The notes under the pieces are model-generated. The model saw nothing but the letters and a program-made list of their open reading frames with translations, made no database searches and was not told where the DNA came from. From Bdellovibrionales bacterium (GTDB lineage Bacteria > Pseudomonadota > Alphaproteobacteria > JAIXQD01), in contig JBFWRI010000002.1 of assembly GCA_050248995.1 (NCBI GenBank), forward strand, positions 17,355-81,354: a DNA stretch of 64,000 bases, given 5' to 3'. Made by a program: the position numbers and the translations under genes. Shown here in pieces: positions 63,167 through 64,000 of the stretch (the first letter of the stretch is position 1; each line of letters starts with the position of its first letter).

Positions 63167-64000
63167 TTATTGGTCAAATGATGGATCTGGAGTGCGCAAA
63201 GGCAGACCGGCATACCGCCCGTTTACGGCGATCGGGCCCTCGCCCCAGCGCAGGAAGTTCATAAGCTGGTCGCGGAATTCCGGGTCCTCGGCTGCGGCTG
63301 CTGCCGTCAGGCGGTCGATCGCGGCAATCGTGCGTTCGATATAGGGCTGGAAGTCATCATTCGATGAAATATCCACCATCAGGCGGTACACCCTTTCGCG
63401 GTCGCCCTCTTTGTTGACGAACCGCCTCTGGTGCAGCAGGCTGTAAAACGCTTCAATCACATGGCTTTCGGTAACAATGGCGTCAAGTGTCAGGTCTTTG
63501 TAAGCTTCTTCCACAAAGTCAGCGCCATAGACGAACATGTCTTCCTGGAACTGCAGGCGTTGATCCTCTGTCAGCAGGCGACAGTCTATAAAGGGTGCGT
63601 TCAGGTGGTCGCGCTGCTCTGCCTGCCGAAGCCAATCGCCCAGCGCCTGCGCTGTATAGTGGGGGTAGAAGAAAAAGCCTTCATTCGCTTCACTTTCCAT
63701 AACGCCTCTATAGCCAAGCTGACGCATGGCCTGCAGGTCGCGCACGACATCCAGGAACTGCTCGCGCTCGGCCGGCGGTGTGGCGCGGTACATCATCTCG
63801 GCGAAACAGATATCGGCCTCGGTTTCAACGAACATGCGCGTGTTTGTAACCGGACGGTCCATAGCGGAATCGCCAGGCTCCGGCCTGCCGTTTAAACGCA
63901 CGTAATCAGCGATATTTTCTGCATCCTGCAAAAAGCGTTTGCCATGGCAGAACTCGTGCACCGATGTCCATGTGTGCTGCCAGCGGATGTTGAAATAGGT
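63167..64000 (-). CDS. Hypothetical protein with an HExxH motif (HEFCH) near the visible N-terminus; the 5' end lies beyond the window edge
   Basis: The frame stays open from the GTG at 63961 up to position 64000 (…TYFNIRWQHTWTSVHEFCHGKRF). Confidence 0.4.
   Translation of the reverse strand, partial: TYFNIRWQHTWTSVHEFCHGKRFLQDAENIADYVRLNGRPEPGDSAMDRPVTNTRMFVETEADICFAEMMYRATPPAEREQFLDVVRDLQAMRQLGYRGVMESEANEGFFFYPHYTAQALGDWLRQAEQRDHLNAPFIDCRLLTEDQRLQFQEDMFVYGADFVEEAYKDLTLDAIVTESHVIEAFYSLLHQRRFVNKEGDRERVYRLMVDISSNDDFQPYIERTIAAIDRLTAAAAAEDPEFRDQLMNFLRWGEGPIAVNGRYAGLPLRTPDPSFDQ

Overview
This 64-kb window comes from an alphaproteobacterial chromosome; the rRNA spacer carries tRNA-Ile and tRNA-Ala, and DUF1013, DUF1192 and DUF465 genes are present. 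I found no transposase, integrase or CRISPR array, and no clear prophage.

Layout, start to end:
- 1-563: 5'-truncated CxxCH cytochrome-c-like gene.
- 651-5626: a complete minus-strand rRNA operon (16S, tRNA-Ile, tRNA-Ala, 23S, 5S) with a structured leader.
- 6390-8042: a membrane-tethered SNase-like nuclease gene, divergent from the rRNA operon.
- 8043-13578: a PHB locus with phaB, phaA, a class-III-like phaC plus small partner, and phaR. Two secreted proteins sharing a novel 8-cysteine domain and a cupin are embedded in it.
- 13575-16145: a degenerate EAL-like gene and a PAS-GGDGF-EAL gene.
- 16409-17356: an orphan PilT/VirB11-family ATPase.
- 17438-21777: hisS translationally coupled to a 998-aa PBP1C-like gene.
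- 21774-35897: the most unusual locus, all on the minus strand.
  - A 2894-aa modular fibre protein has a TadE/TadG-like N-terminal anchor, kilobase-scale internal duplications, and a C-terminal phage-tail-fibre S74 chaperone domain plus coiled coil.
  - tRNA-Val follows.
  - Then come two large polytopic membrane proteins (553 aa and 1144 aa) with Gly/Ala-rich tails.
- 36074-43793: small alphaproteobacterial DUF genes, and a polar amino-acid ABC transporter with four paralogous substrate-binding proteins and one permease/ATPase pair. pfkA and two DUF465 genes sit among them.
- 43898-60019: the spc-S10-str ribosomal cluster (rplO through rpsJ, tuf, fusA, rpsG, rpsL).
  - It has no secY after rplO.
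  - Inserted genes separate fusA from tuf, and tuf from rpsJ.
  - Several ribosomal proteins carry low-complexity extensions.
- 60262-64000: hypothetical genes, two with HExxH motifs.

All functional calls are from reading the translations and motifs by eye. No database search was possible.
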